Numbered from the whole stretch's first letter, positions 51,806-63,566 are shown. The stretch is 63,566 bases of DNA, filler included, from Octopus bimaculoides (GCF_001194135.2; 6 parts of 6 records of this genome joined end to end with filler, not necessarily neighbours in it); one strand, 5' to 3'. Numbers and translations: made by a program. Notes: generated by a model not told the origin, from the letters alone.

Positions 51806-52017
51806 ATGTTTCGTCTTTAAATGTAACTCAAGACGATTTGGTTTCATTGATTTGTTGGTCAAGCATTGTTGGCATAAGAGGCAGAAAGGAGACCATTTAT
51901 CTTGGATAATGGATATAANNNNNNNNNNNNNNNNNNNNNNNNNNNNNNNNNNNNNNNNNNNNTTAATTAATTAANNNNNNNNNNNNNNNNNNNNNNNNNN
52001 NNNNNNNNNNNNNNNNN

Positions 52018-52360
52018 NTAAGTACTCTGTCACTTACTCTAACGACCTCGATTACCTTATCCACCCATTTCTCCGCTAGAAGTATTCCTACGCCCCCGAC
52101 CCCGTCAGTGTTCCCTGCCCAGAAAATCTTGTACCTGTGTTCTTTGCCTGTGAGGAACCTTGCAGAACCTCCTCTCCATCTTACTTCCTGGATGCAGCAC
52201 ATATCTACGCATCTCCGTTCAAGCATCTCAACAATTTCACCAGATCTACCTTTCAGCGTGCCGACGTTGAGAGTGCCAATCCTAACAGTATGGGTGTTGG
52301 GGGTATGGGCCTGTAGCCTGGGAAGGGGAAAAGCAGTGTCGTGTAACCCGACCATGTCCA
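52018..52360 (-). mobile_element. RTE-type LINE APE endonuclease N-terminus
   Basis: VRIGTLNVGTLKGRSGEIVEMLERRCVDMCCIQEVRWRG...GVGGVGILLAEKWVDKVIEVVRVSDRV. Confidence 0.93.
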
Positions 52361-52491
52361 GGTGTGACTTATTACGCCATCTACGATAAGTCTTGCTAGG
52401 TGAAAATCAACTAAAAACGAAAGCCTTACAACGAAAAAACCCTTATGATGTAAATATGTTCATANNNNNNNNNNNNNNNNNNNNNNNNNNN

Positions 52492-52678
52492 ACCCTAACA
52501 TTAACCCTAAACCCTAACCCTAAAACCCTAACCCTGACCCTAAAACCGTAACCGTAACACTAATCCTAAACCTAACTGTAACCCTAACCCTGACCCTAAA
52601 ACCGTAACCGTAACACTAACCCTAAACCCTAACCCCTAACCCTGACCCTAAACCTAAAACCCTAACCCTAACACCCTA
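52492..52678. repeat. Degenerate telomere-like (TAACCC)n array
   Basis: CCCTAA units mixed with CCTGA, CCGTAA and AAACCCTAA variants. Confidence 0.85.
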
Positions 52679-52865
52679 GTGAAAATCGTGGTATATTTAC
52701 AAAACATTGACGAACATGAGTTATATTTTACTGAATGATTGTGTACTTGCACGTGTATGCGTTTGAGAGAGCAAGAGAGGAAGAGGTAGAGAGAGGGGGA
52801 GAAAGGAATAGAGGTAGTTAAAAGTTTTCTTATGACGGCTTCTCTTCACTGCCTATTACTTCATT

Positions 52866-52965
52866 AGAAATCTATGGATGCACTTACGCACATAATTGAG
52901 AAAATGAAACAAATATGGACGACTTGCTCCGAAACACCACCGAGTGGGGAACACTTCTCAAAGAT
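52866..52965 (+). mobile_element. Third, more diverged copy of the arm of the 48570-49576 repeat; cut by a gap
   Basis: TAGAAATCTATGGATGCAC...GAGAAAATGAAACAAATATGGACGACTTGCTCCGAAAC...GTGGGGAAC. Confidence 0.85.
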
Positions 52966-54759
52966 AACCTGCAGNNNNNNNNNNNNNNNNNNNNNNNNNN
53001 NNNNNNNNNNNNNNNNNNNNNNNNNNNNNNNNNNNNNNNNNNNNNNNNNNNNNNNNNNNNNNNNNNNNNNNNNNNNNNNNNNNNNNNNNNNNNNNNNNNN
53101 NNNNNNNNNNNNNNNNNNNNNNNNNNNNNNNNNNNNNNNNNNNNNNNNNNNNNNNNNNNNNNNNNNNNNNNNNNNNNNNNNNNNNNNNNNNNNNNNNNNN
53201 NNNNNNNNNNNNNNNNNNNNNNNNNNNNNNNNNNNNNNNNNNNNNNNNNNNNNNNNNNNNNNNNNNNNNNNNNNNNNNNNNNNNNNNNNNNNNNNNNNNN
53301 NNNNNNNNNNNNNNNNNNNNNNNNNNNNNNNNNNNNNNNNNNNNNNNNNNNNNNNNNNNNNNNNNNNNNNNNNNNNNNNNNNNNNNNNNNNNNNNNNNNN
53401 NNNNNNNNNNNNNNNNNNNNNNNNNNNNNNNNNNNNNNNNNNNNNNNNNNNNNNNNNNNNNNNNNNNNNNNNNNNNNNNNNNNNNNNNNNNNNNNNNNNN
53501 NNNNNNNNNNNNNNNNNNNNNNNNNNNNNNNNNNNNNNNNNNNNNNNNNNNNNNNNNNNNNNNNNNNNNNNNNNNNNNNNNNNNNNNNNNNNNNNNNNNN
53601 NNNNNNNNNNNNNNNNNNNNNNNNNNNNNNNNNNNNNNNNNNNNNNNNNNNNNNNNNNNNNNNNNNNNNNNNNNNNNNNNNNNNNNNNNNNNNNNNNNNN
53701 NNNNNNNNNNNNNNNNNNNNNNNNNNNNNNNNNNNNNNNNNNNNNNNNNNNNNACTGAGAAAAAAGTTTAATCTATGACGTTGTATGTATCACTTTCTCT
53801 CTCTGTTGAGCGCGTGTGTAAGAAGGGAAGAAATATAAAAGTTGCTAGAAACAATAGCTAAATCTCCCTTAAATCACACAAAGTAAAAGGAATTTAAAAA
53901 ATCTAATTACTGCACTGGAAAGTTCACATCGAGAAAATTCCATTGATGTAAAAATTTTTACGAAAATGTGGAAAATGTGGATTTCTATAAACTTTCAAAA
54001 AGGCTTCACACAGACATACAACTTCAGCTTTATATATTAAGATATTACTCAAAGAAATCCCAACTTCGTTTGATTTTTACGTTTTATTTACAATCTTATA
54101 AAAATATAATATTAAATATGATATAATATGAAATGATATATTAAATTTCCATTCTGATTGAACTAGTATTTTCATGCATTAAACCATGCAATCTTCAGGT
54201 TCATATAGTAGTGGTGACAGTTATGTTTTCCAATTTACAACTGTAGTGAGATGGCTAAAATATGTGCCTTAAATACATTTGTATAGGCTCCAGAGTGTTA
54301 AGTTTTGCAAACTGTATTCTGACCAATCAGTGTGTGGCTTTACTAAATTACTTAAGTTGATTGGTGTTTGGTCTAGGCATCATGGTTTGTTGAGCATGTC
54401 AAGAGACTTTTATCTTGAGCCTGTCCAAAGCAGTAATTTTTTGGCTATTTTTAGAAATGTTGTAAACAACATTTCCCAAGGATTTTATATTTCAATTATC
54501 ATCATCACCATTATAGTTACCATTATTATTATAGTTAATATAGTTACTATTATTATTGTTGTTGTTAGTGGTGGTGGTGAAAAGAGTAGCTGTGGTAAAA
54601 GAACTTTAAACCACAAATAAGATTATTTTTACTAACTTTTCTCTTGATTTAGCTAGTATTTTCCTACTATCATCATCATCATGAGAACCTATAGTATTGT
54701 TGTTGTTGGTCGTAGCAGTAGCACCTCTAAGTATTATTGTTTATTTAGCTTGCATTGGA

Positions 54760-55560
54760 ATTTATTAATAAAGTTCTTTTCTCTGATTTTTCTCTTGATT
54801 TCATTTAGACTGTGTAGTTTGTGGAATGGAAATAATATAAATATTGTCTGACCACATGCTGCTAGATGGTTACTCAAAGGTATCTGACACGCATCTGGGT
54901 CTCTAATTTGCTGTCAGTGCACACATGAACATTTTGATAGTGCATTTCCAGTCTGACCCACATATAGTTTTTCACAATTCGAGCATTTGATGCAGTAAAT
55001 TAAATTTCTGCTTTTGCAGTTCATATTTGCGTTTGTGAATATTCTTCCGGTTTTTGTGTTCATATATTGACCAGTATGCATGAATTGGCATGTGTCACAT
55101 CAGCTACCATTGCATTTAGATACAGTGAATGATTGGTCTTTATTGCTAAGGTCAAATTTTGCCTTTGTTAATAATTTTTTCAAGTTTTTAGGCTGTCTTT
55201 TACTAAGAACCATAGCTCAATCTGTGATTATATCTTTTAATTCATTACTTTGAGCAATGATTGGTAGGCTTGCTTTGTCAATGTTGAAGATATTCTGGTG
55301 ACATGGGTTGTGTGTCACCCTAAATGGTATGACTTGTTTTTCTCTTCTTTGGGTTGTCCTCAGTTGTTGTATGGGTGTTTTTATAGCCCACTGTATGCCA
55401 TTTTTTATAGGTAGAGATGTGTATTTTTGTTTGAGCAAAAATTATCTTAGTTCTGTTAGGCATTTGTTCCTGATATTTGCATCTTCTACAATGGTACAAA
55501 TTCTTCTGGCTTGTTAGTATGGGATGTTGTGTTTTGTATGTTGTGGATGGCATGACTTAA
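54760..55560 (-). mobile_element. Penelope-like element (Neptune-like), C-terminal region with GIY-YIG relic
   Basis: IPFRVTHNP...SKRQPKNLKKLLTKAKF...IYCIKCSNCEKLYVGQTGNALS...PLSNHLAACG, with stops. Confidence 0.8.
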
Positions 55561-56156
55561 AATTCAGGTATTGATGTGTGTCTGTGTGTTTATAGTATAT
55601 ATCTGTGGTAATGTTTGTATGCTTCATATGTGTATATACACACAGGGTTTCCCAGAATTAAGTGTCTATTTCAGTGAAATGAGACAATTATTTTGAAAAC
55701 TCACTTTCATTTATGTTTATCATGTTTAATATGTGTTAAAAGTATGTAAATTTTAAATTTTGCTTCTAATTATAAAATTTTTATGATTTTAATAAGTTTA
55801 TTTCCATTCCTGTTAGATTTCACTTCTAAGCTGAAGTGACAACAGCATGGACTTTGTATTCTTACCCTCTTAGAAGATTTAAGTAAAATTATACAAATGT
55901 GTCCGACTGATTAAAAAAATTCTATTTATTTATTTATGCAGCTGAGGATAGCCCTGCATTTAAACTGATGTAATGATTGCATTGTTCAATTAAATGGAGC
56001 TGCTTCAAATGGTTGTACTGCATCACCTCTGGATATCTTGTTGCTTATTTTGATTATATATGTGTGTGTGTGTGTGTGTATGTGTTTGTATGCATCGTAT
56101 GTGTATATATAAAGGTATGTGTGTGTGTATATATATATATACATATATATATAATA

Positions 56157-57329
56157 CAGGGTAGCCTAAAATTAAGGCAACCAAAGTTTGGGCTTTAATA
56201 ACTATCAATAAATATGATAAGATATGAAAATTATACATAGTGTGTCTTCTTTTTGTGTTAAACTAAATGAATTCAGATTTATAAATTAGATAACGGCTAT
56301 AGATTGAAATACAATCATAAGACAAAGGAGGCAAAAGTTATAGCAAAAAGTTTTAAATTAACTGAAAACTGCCAAGAAATTTCAAGAGACTGGTTCCACT
56401 ACTGATCAACTTGGATGTGGCTGAACAAGAAGTGTGTGGACCGCCAGCTAATCAAAAGTACCAGAGAAAATATACGGTGAAATCCTCATCATTCCATCAG
56501 AATAAGCCGAACATCGATGGATCAAGTGCTGACCGAGGATCTCAGGACCCATCCCTACAAGATGATCTTCATGAGACTGGAGAGAAGTTGTCTTATCCTG
56601 CATCAGATTGCTGAAGGCATGCTTCCCAACCCGGTGCTTCTTAATGAAAAGAAATTTGACATCGAGCAGGCAGTAAACCACCAGAATGATGGACTTTGGA
56701 GTGTATCTCACTCCGTCAAGGGTAGATTCGTAAGCCAATGTCAAAATCCACAGTTAGTTATATTTTGGGTGGCTGTGATAGCCACTGGAAGGTCTCCTCT
56801 TGTTTTTGTGCCCTTGCGTGTTAAAATTAACACTCAGCGATTCATTAGGGACATTCTGGAAGCTGAACTACTTCCATGGATGAATGAGCAATTTAAGACG
56901 CACCTTGGAACTTCCAACAGGACTCATCGCCATCCCACAGCTTCAAGAGACACAACATTAGATTCAGAAAAACATTCTGTCATTCATAGGCAAGGAGATA
57001 TGGCCCTGATCTCAATCTGTTGGATTTTCCTGTTTGGTCCATTTTGGAGACGAGGGTCTCGAGCACTCCTCATGCTTTACTTGACGCTCTGAAGGCAAAA
57101 CTGTACCAGGAATGGGCTTCAATTCCGCAAGAACAGCTGCGTGCTGTGTGTGAAGCATTTGCACCTAGACTTAAGGCTGTGATTTGAAACAGAGGCGGTC
57201 ATATAGAATAAATGTGGTAGCATTATAATTACATGTCCTTTACCATTGCATTGCAATGGTTGGACCCAAAATATAACTGCTTTGGCAAAATTGAAAAAAA
57301 GTTGGTAGCCTTAATTTTGGGATGTCTTG
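56157..57329 (+). mobile_element. Tc1/mariner DD37D (maT)-like transposon, 1173 bp, both TIRs present, degenerate transposase
   Basis: TA|CAGGGTAGCCTAAAATTAAGGCAACCAA ... TTGGTAGCCTTAATTTTGGGATGTCTTG|TA; motifs NEKKFDIE, GRSPLVFV, FQQDSS, PDLNLLDF, GGHIE*. Confidence 0.88.
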
Positions 57330-57354
57330 TATGGTATGTATGTGTGTATGTATG

Positions 57355-57393
<39 letters not shown>

Positions 57394-57593
57394 AGTATGT
57401 ATTCTGTATATGAGTACATATATATAAACATCTATACAGAAATATGTGCACATGTGCCTGTATGAGTGTGCAAATTTGTGCGTCTGTTTGTATGACTATG
57501 GGGATTTATATATAAATTTTAATTTAGCTTAAAATTTTGTTTATTTTAAAATAGCATTCATCAAAGGGATATTGCATATATATATTTTATGTG

Positions 57594-57627
<34 letters not shown>

Positions 57628-57836
57628 AATCTATGCATGAAGGTGTTTATGTATATTTAAATGTGTTTATTTATGTGTGTGAATTTATGTCTATGTATGT
57701 AGACATGTCTCTGTATGAGTATTCAAATATATATACTTGCATACATACAGCAAAAGAGTTCTTAAGATATTTTACAATGATGTTAAAAGACATGCAAAAG
57801 AAAAGAATAACATGATATAATACAGTAAGAGTTATA

Positions 57837-57873
<37 letters not shown>

Positions 57874-57879
57874 CGTATA

Positions 57880-58124
57880 CAGATTTAATCTGCGATCCAT
57901 GGGACGAGCCGTTTTAACGTTGCGTCCTGCCCGAAGCTCGTCGAAACGCCGGTGTTAAAACGTGGGTGGCTGAAGAAGCGGAATGTTCTCTATGTGGCTC
58001 GTGTGTTCTCGTCTACGTTTGTGTGCAATGTCCTGTACCCAGATATGCACCTATACATACAGGTGGATGTCGGTATGCACATACCTGTACGTATATATGC
58101 ATATACTCATTTACTTTTGTTTTT
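57880..58124 (+). mobile_element. Unclassified repeat (family of 12745-12935) with a 5' pseudoknot-forming segment
   Basis: 57965-58124 aligns with 12745-12920; complementary blocks at 57903-57962. Confidence 0.65.
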
Positions 58125-59574
58125 NNNNNNNNNNNNNNNNNNNNNNNNNNNNNNNNNNNNNNNNNNNNNNNNNNNNNNNNNNNNNNNNNNNNNNNNNNNN
58201 NNNNNNNNNNNNNNNNNNNNNNNNNNNNNNNNNNNNNNNNNNNNNNNNNNNNNNNNNNNNNNNNNNNNNNNNNNNNNNNNNNNNNNNNNNNNNNNNNNNN
58301 NNNNNNNNNNNNNNNNNNNNNNNNNNNNNNNNNNNNNNNNNNNNNNNNNNNNNNNNNNNNNNNNNNNNNNNNNNNNNNNNNNNNNNNNNNNNNNNNNNNN
58401 NNNNNNNNNNNNNNNNNNNNNNNNNNNNNNNNNNNNNNNNNNNNNNNNNNNNNNNNNNNNNNNNNNNNNNNNNNNNNNNNNNNNNNNNNNNNNNNNNNNN
58501 NNNNNNNNNNNNNNNNNNNNNNNNNNNNNNNNNNNNNNNNNNNNNNNNNNNNNNNNNNNNNNNNNNNNNNNNNNNNNNNNNNNNNNNNNNNNNNNNNNNN
58601 NNNNNNNNNNNNNNNNNNNNNNNNNNNNNNNNNNNNNNNNNNNNNNNNNNNNNNNNNNNNNNNNNNNNNNNNNNNNNNNNNNNNNNNNNNNNNNNNNNNN
58701 NNNNNNNNNNNNNNNNNNNNNNNNNNNNNNNNNNNNNNNNNNNNNNNNNNNNNNNNNNNNNNNNNNNNNNNNNNNNNNNNNNNNNNNNNNNNNNNNNNNN
58801 NNNNNNNNNNNNNNNNNNNNNNNNNNNNNNNNNNNNNNNNNNNNNNNNNNNNNNNNNNNNNNNNNNNNNNNNNNNNNNNNNNNNNNNNNNNNNNNNNNNN
58901 NNNNNNNNNNNNNNNNNNNNNNNNNNNNNNNNNNNNNNNNNNNNNNNGAACATTACAGAACCGGTTTCGATCCTTGAGATCTTGTCAAAAGTAAATATGA
59001 ATAATAAATTTTTGAAAAATTATTGAAAAATTAAATTTTGGTAAATTTAAAAGAAAAGTCTTTTTAAAGACATATTTGCATAGTATTCAAATAACGGGCA
59101 TTTTTCTTGTTTCTGCCTGTCTCTGTTTCACTTGTTAACTCTTGTGGGTTCGAAGAAGGAGTGCTATGATAGTAGCAGAGTGTTAATTGGTTGGGTGTCC
59201 TGACATTGACCTGTTGATGATCGTAGTGATCTGTATTGTTTATAATGTTTGCGTGGGTGTTATTCTAAACAGCAGCAGTAGTAATAAAGTAAAGAAAAAG
59301 GTGGTGGAAAGGAAGAAGAAGATGACGGAGAAGATGAGGGATGGGGAGAAGGAGAGAAATAGTAATAATAAAATGCAGGATAGAGTGATAGTAACTAGTC
59401 GAGTGGGTAGTGATTGGGGTTGTTTTTTATATTTATATATATATATATATATATATAAATTTTTATTCATATGAATATATGTGTACATATATATTATATG
59501 TAAGCATATATATGTATGTGTGTGTACTTATGTATTGCATATGTCTGAATATATAATATATATATATATATATG

Positions 59575-59728
59575 AGTGGCTGTGTGGTAAGAAGCTTGCT
59601 TCCCGACCACATAGTTCTGGGTTCAGTCCCACTGCATGGCACCTTGGGCAAGTGTCTTCTACTATAGCCTCGGGCCAACCACCGCCTTGTGAGTGGATTT
59701 AGTAGAAGGAAACTGAATGAAGCCTGTC

Positions 59729-59780
<52 letters not shown>

Positions 59781-59984
59781 TTGTCTGTCTGTTTCTTCCC
59801 CACCCATCGCTTGACAACTGATGTTGGTGTTTACATTCCCGTAACTTTGCAGTTCAGCAAAAGAGACTGATAGAATAAATACTATGCTTACAAAGAATAA
59901 GTCCTGGGGTTGATTTATTCAACTAAAAGCGGTGCTCCAGCATGGCTGCAGTCAAATGACTAAAACAAGTAAAAGAATAAAACA

Positions 59985-59985
<1 letters not shown>
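59575..59985 (+). mobile_element. SINE family A, full length: tRNA-like head, core, internal (TA)n, tail
   Basis: TGGCTGTGTGGTAAGAAG (A box), GGGTTCAGTCCC (B box-like), tail GCGGTGCTCCAGCATGGC...GTAAAAGAATAA. Confidence 0.92.
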
Positions 59986-60022
<37 letters not shown>

Positions 60023-60034
60023 ACACACACACGT

Positions 60035-60343
60035 ATGTGTATATTACTGGCACTTTGTCAATTACGATGATGAAGGTTCCAGTTTATCAAATCAATGGAA
60101 CAGCCTGCTCATGAAATTACCATGCATGTGACTGAGCACTCCACAGACATGTGTACCCTGAATATAGTTCTCAGAGTGATTCACTGTGACACAGAGTGTG
60201 ATAAGTCTGGCTCTTTGAAATACAGGTACTACTCATTTTTGCCATCACATGGAGCAATGTGAAATAAAGTATCTTGCTCAATAACATGTGAATTGAACTC
60301 ACAACCTTATGATCGTGAGCCAAATACCCTTAAGCCATGTGCC

Positions 60344-60345
<2 letters not shown>
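60035..60345 (-). mobile_element. SINE family C-related copy
   Basis: Reverse-complement match to 22460-22650; head with GAATTGAAC. Confidence 0.8.
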
Positions 60346-60387
<42 letters not shown>

Positions 60388-60559
60388 AATGACCTGTCCT
60401 TTTTTCCCCTGATTTTCTAATATTTGTTTTTCCTGTCCACCTTTGTATCCTCAGACAGATGTCTGAATGCTTTTTTGTCCTCTATTGCATTTTTGTTCCA
60501 TTTTTTAATATTTATATATAAATATAGTGGCTTACGTACACACTTGTGCTCACCTATAT

Positions 60560-60598
<39 letters not shown>

Positions 60599-60604
<6 letters not shown>

Positions 60605-61270
60605 ATCATAAATATATAGGGATTGACATTAACCTGCTTCTCCAACATACTGAGAATTCAGAAATAGCAGCCAAAGAACTACTGGTTTCAAAACTACAAA
60701 TTTTACTCTAAATTGATAGCGATATTTCTGATACACACAGAACAAAAAACAGTAGAGAAGAGTAAAAAAACCACTTGCCTTTAGTTAATTTAGTACAATC
60801 GTTTCACAGTTAAGAGCAAAGAATACTCCAAGCAGGTTACTGTCAATCCCTATGTATTTATGATTATAAATGATTTTACCGAAAAGGTTTTTTCATACTG
60901 AGCTACCCGGCAAAATTGTTAATTATTAANNNNNNNNNNTATATAATCATAAATATATAGGGATTGACATTAACCTGCTTCTCCAACATACTGAGAATTC
61001 AGAAATAGCAGCCAAAGAACTACTGGTTTCAAAACTACAAATTTTACTCTAAATTGATAGCGATATTTCTGATACACACAGAACAAAAAACAGTAGAGAA
61101 GAGTAAAAAAACCACTTGCCTTTAGTTAATTTAGTACAATCGTTTCACAGTTAAGAGCAAAGAATACTCCAAGCAGGTTACTGTCAATCCCTATGTATTT
61201 ATGATTATAAATGATTTTACCGAAAAGGTTTTTTCATACTGAGCTACCCGGCAAAATTGTTAATTATTAA
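60599..61270. other. Exact 331-bp direct duplication (60599-60929 / 60940-61270) separated by 10 N; assembly overlap
   Basis: Identical copies flank a 10-N gap. Confidence 0.85.
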
Positions 61271-61808
61271 TTTTATTACTAATTGACGATTCCCTGCCCT
61301 GCATATCTATATATATATATATATATATATTATATTAATCAAAGTGTACAATATTATATATCCATTATAGCTGATATTACCAATCATTTTTGCACTAGGA
61401 CTGTTAGGTAACAGTCCAATTATGTAACCCTGTGCTGATTAGAGGTAGCCGTTCTGGAATGAAATATTGTGCTTACTTTCTATTGTGAATAGACAGATCT
61501 GGTTTGTAATTGCTGTGAAAAAGGTGATGAAACAATTTGAGTAGGCGATTGAGTTAAGAGTTATGTCCCTTGATACCAAAACTTCGTCACTGAGAGTGGT
61601 TTTCTTTGCAAGTTGGCAAAGGGTTAGTGGAAAATGTTTGTTTTTAAGATTGGTGTTTTTGTGGAAATGGAATGTTTGTGGTGGTACTATATGCATAACC
61701 TCTAGAATGGGTGAGGAGGGATGACATACACATTCATGTGTGTCTCCTTTCTTTTATATATTGGTTAAATTTATGGGGCCTTTATGTGTGCATGCAATGT
61801 GTGTAGGG

Positions 61809-61866
<58 letters not shown>

Positions 61867-62541
61867 NNNNNNNNNNNNNNNNNNNNNNNNNNNNNNNNNN
61901 NNNNNNNNNNTTAATTAATTAANNNNNNNNNNNNNNNNNNNNNNNNNNNNNNNNNNNNNNNNNNNNAAAAACAAACAAACAAAAAGAAGCTATAAACAGA
62001 AAGCAACAAAAACCCAAAAACTGACTAACAAAAAGAAGCCAAATAACAGTAGCAACAATAACAACAACAACAGCAACAAACTAGATCCTGTCTTCACTGC
62101 AATACCTTGATTTCTCTAGCTAATTGCAGCAAGAAGGCAGTTTTGTTTTTAAAAAATGTTAAAAAAAATATATAATAATAATAATAACAATAATAATAAT
62201 AATAATAATAATTGTGATAATAATAATAAAATGGTCTAAAATGAAGAGAAACTAATTTGATTAGAAGGAAATAGCTAATCAATGGGATCGATCTAATATT
62301 AAACCCAGACAGGGAATCTAAAAATAGGGACTGGCTTGATTTTGGCCAAGTAATTTTAGGTAGAGAGAAGAACTGTCTGTTTGTCTGTCTGTCTGTCTGT
62401 TTGGCTGTCTGACTGTGTAGCTGGCTTGCTTGTTGGCTATGTGGCTAGTTTGTTTGATCAAAAGGATTTATAGAAAAGCAAAACTAAATCAAAATTGGCT
62501 TCGAAAAGAGGTTGTAATCATAACTTAGGTAAACATGAGAA

Positions 62542-62581
<40 letters not shown>

Positions 62582-63130
62582 AGGGAGAGAGAAGTACATG
62601 GGAGAGACTTGGGGTGTGAATAATAAATAGTAGTAGCCTGAGTTGTAGCCTGCTAATTAATGATTTTGGTTACTAATTAATATAGTATCGGATGATTTAA
62701 TTTTAGGAGGAAAAAAATGGACACATGCTTGCACGCATACATATATATGCATGTGTGTGCACAAATACACACAAGCGTTGTGCACATCTGCTCCAGGCTA
62801 ACTTTAACAGTGTTGGCTAAATCAAAGTGAAGACCCCCCCATATATATATATATAAGTCAGTAAATAGTGGGGTTGTGTTAACCGCACGTGGAGAAATAA
62901 TAGGAAAATGAAAAAAAGGCAGAATGCTAAACTGGAAGCATATTTTAATAAAGATTTCTAACCGGTTTTCATTGCGAAGCAAATTATCAAGAAGAAGGAG
63001 AATGAAAATGTTTTTTACAAAGAAGTACAAAATGAAGAAAATAATATATAAAAAAAATAATATATAAAAAAATACATATACCAATACATTATATTGCCTT
63101 TGAGCTTTTGAAGTTCAGTGGTAGTTCATG

Positions 63131-63459
63131 TATATAATGGTTGGAAAAATAAGGATGCATGAGAATTGAGAGTTTTGTTAGGTTTAAAAAAAGGGTTAAA
63201 AGTTTGTGTTAAGCAGGAAGTGTGGTGTCAAAACAGGAAGTGTGTGTAAGGGGAGACAAATGTTTNNNNNNNNNNAGGGGAGACAAATGTTTTTAGTTGA
63301 AAAAGAGTTCATAACTCCAACTAAAAACATTTGTCTCCCCTTACACACACTTCCTGTTTTGACACCACACTCCCTGCTTAACACAAACTTTTAACCCTTT
63401 TTTTAAACCTAACAAAACTCTCAATTCTCATGCATCCTTATTTTCCCAACCATTATATA
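63131..63459. repeat. Near-perfect palindrome (MITE-like foldback), ~150-bp arms, TA-flanked
   Basis: Arms differ at only two positions I could find; centre GAGTT-CAT-AACTC. Confidence 0.9.
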
Positions 63460-63484
63460 TATATATGTGTGTGTATATATGTAT

Positions 63485-63566
63485 ATTGTTGGCACTCCGT
63501 CGGTTATGACGACAAAGGTTCCAGTTGATTCGATCAACGGAACAGCCTGCTCGTGAAACTAACGTG
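63485..63566 (-). mobile_element. SINE family C 3' end, running off the window
   Basis: TTGTTGGCACTCCGTCG...GGTTCCAGTTGATTCGATCAACGGAACAGCCTGCTCGTGAAA. Confidence 0.88.

Noticed and set aside
57943-57976. Type II hammerhead reading (GAAAC ... CTGAAGA)
   Set aside because: Stems I, II and III do not form and the cleavage triplet would be GUG; the pseudoknot reading fits better.
60599-61270. 331-bp perfect direct repeat
   Set aside because: Identical copies flank a 10-N gap, the typical negative-gap artefact; the 17-nt repeat around 63266-63275 is the same kind of artefact.
61440-61700. Possible L1/Tx1 C-terminal remnant (LRVMSLDTKTSSLRVVFFASWQRV)
   Set aside because: It is only an impressionistic resemblance, with no conserved cysteine motif.

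Overview
AT-rich eukaryotic (metazoan) genomic DNA with many N gaps. The very dense (TA)n/(CA)n/(AAT)n microsatellites and the SINE families look like a cephalopod (Octopus-type) genome; this is my inference, not a search result. I found no intact host gene, true tRNA/rRNA gene or CRISPR array. The window is mostly degraded transposable elements: tRNA-derived SINE families (labelled A, B, C here for convenience), non-LTR LINE relics (RTE, Tx1/L1, R4/Dong-like with RLE, CR1-like), Penelope-like GIY-YIG relics, Gypsy gag/integrase relics, a Buster-type hAT transposase, a DD37D/maT-like Tc1/mariner with TIRs, a hAT MITE, and four unrelated long inverted repeats. Most ORF-track entries are microsatellite or gap read-through. 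The best second-look candidates are small structured RNA elements: an HDV-like pseudoknot at 57.9 kb, a hammerhead core at 30.3 kb and a near-perfect hairpin at 63.1-63.5 kb. Also notable are a LINE/SINE shared 3' tail, a telomere-like array and one possible orphan exon. I found no convincing new multi-gene system.
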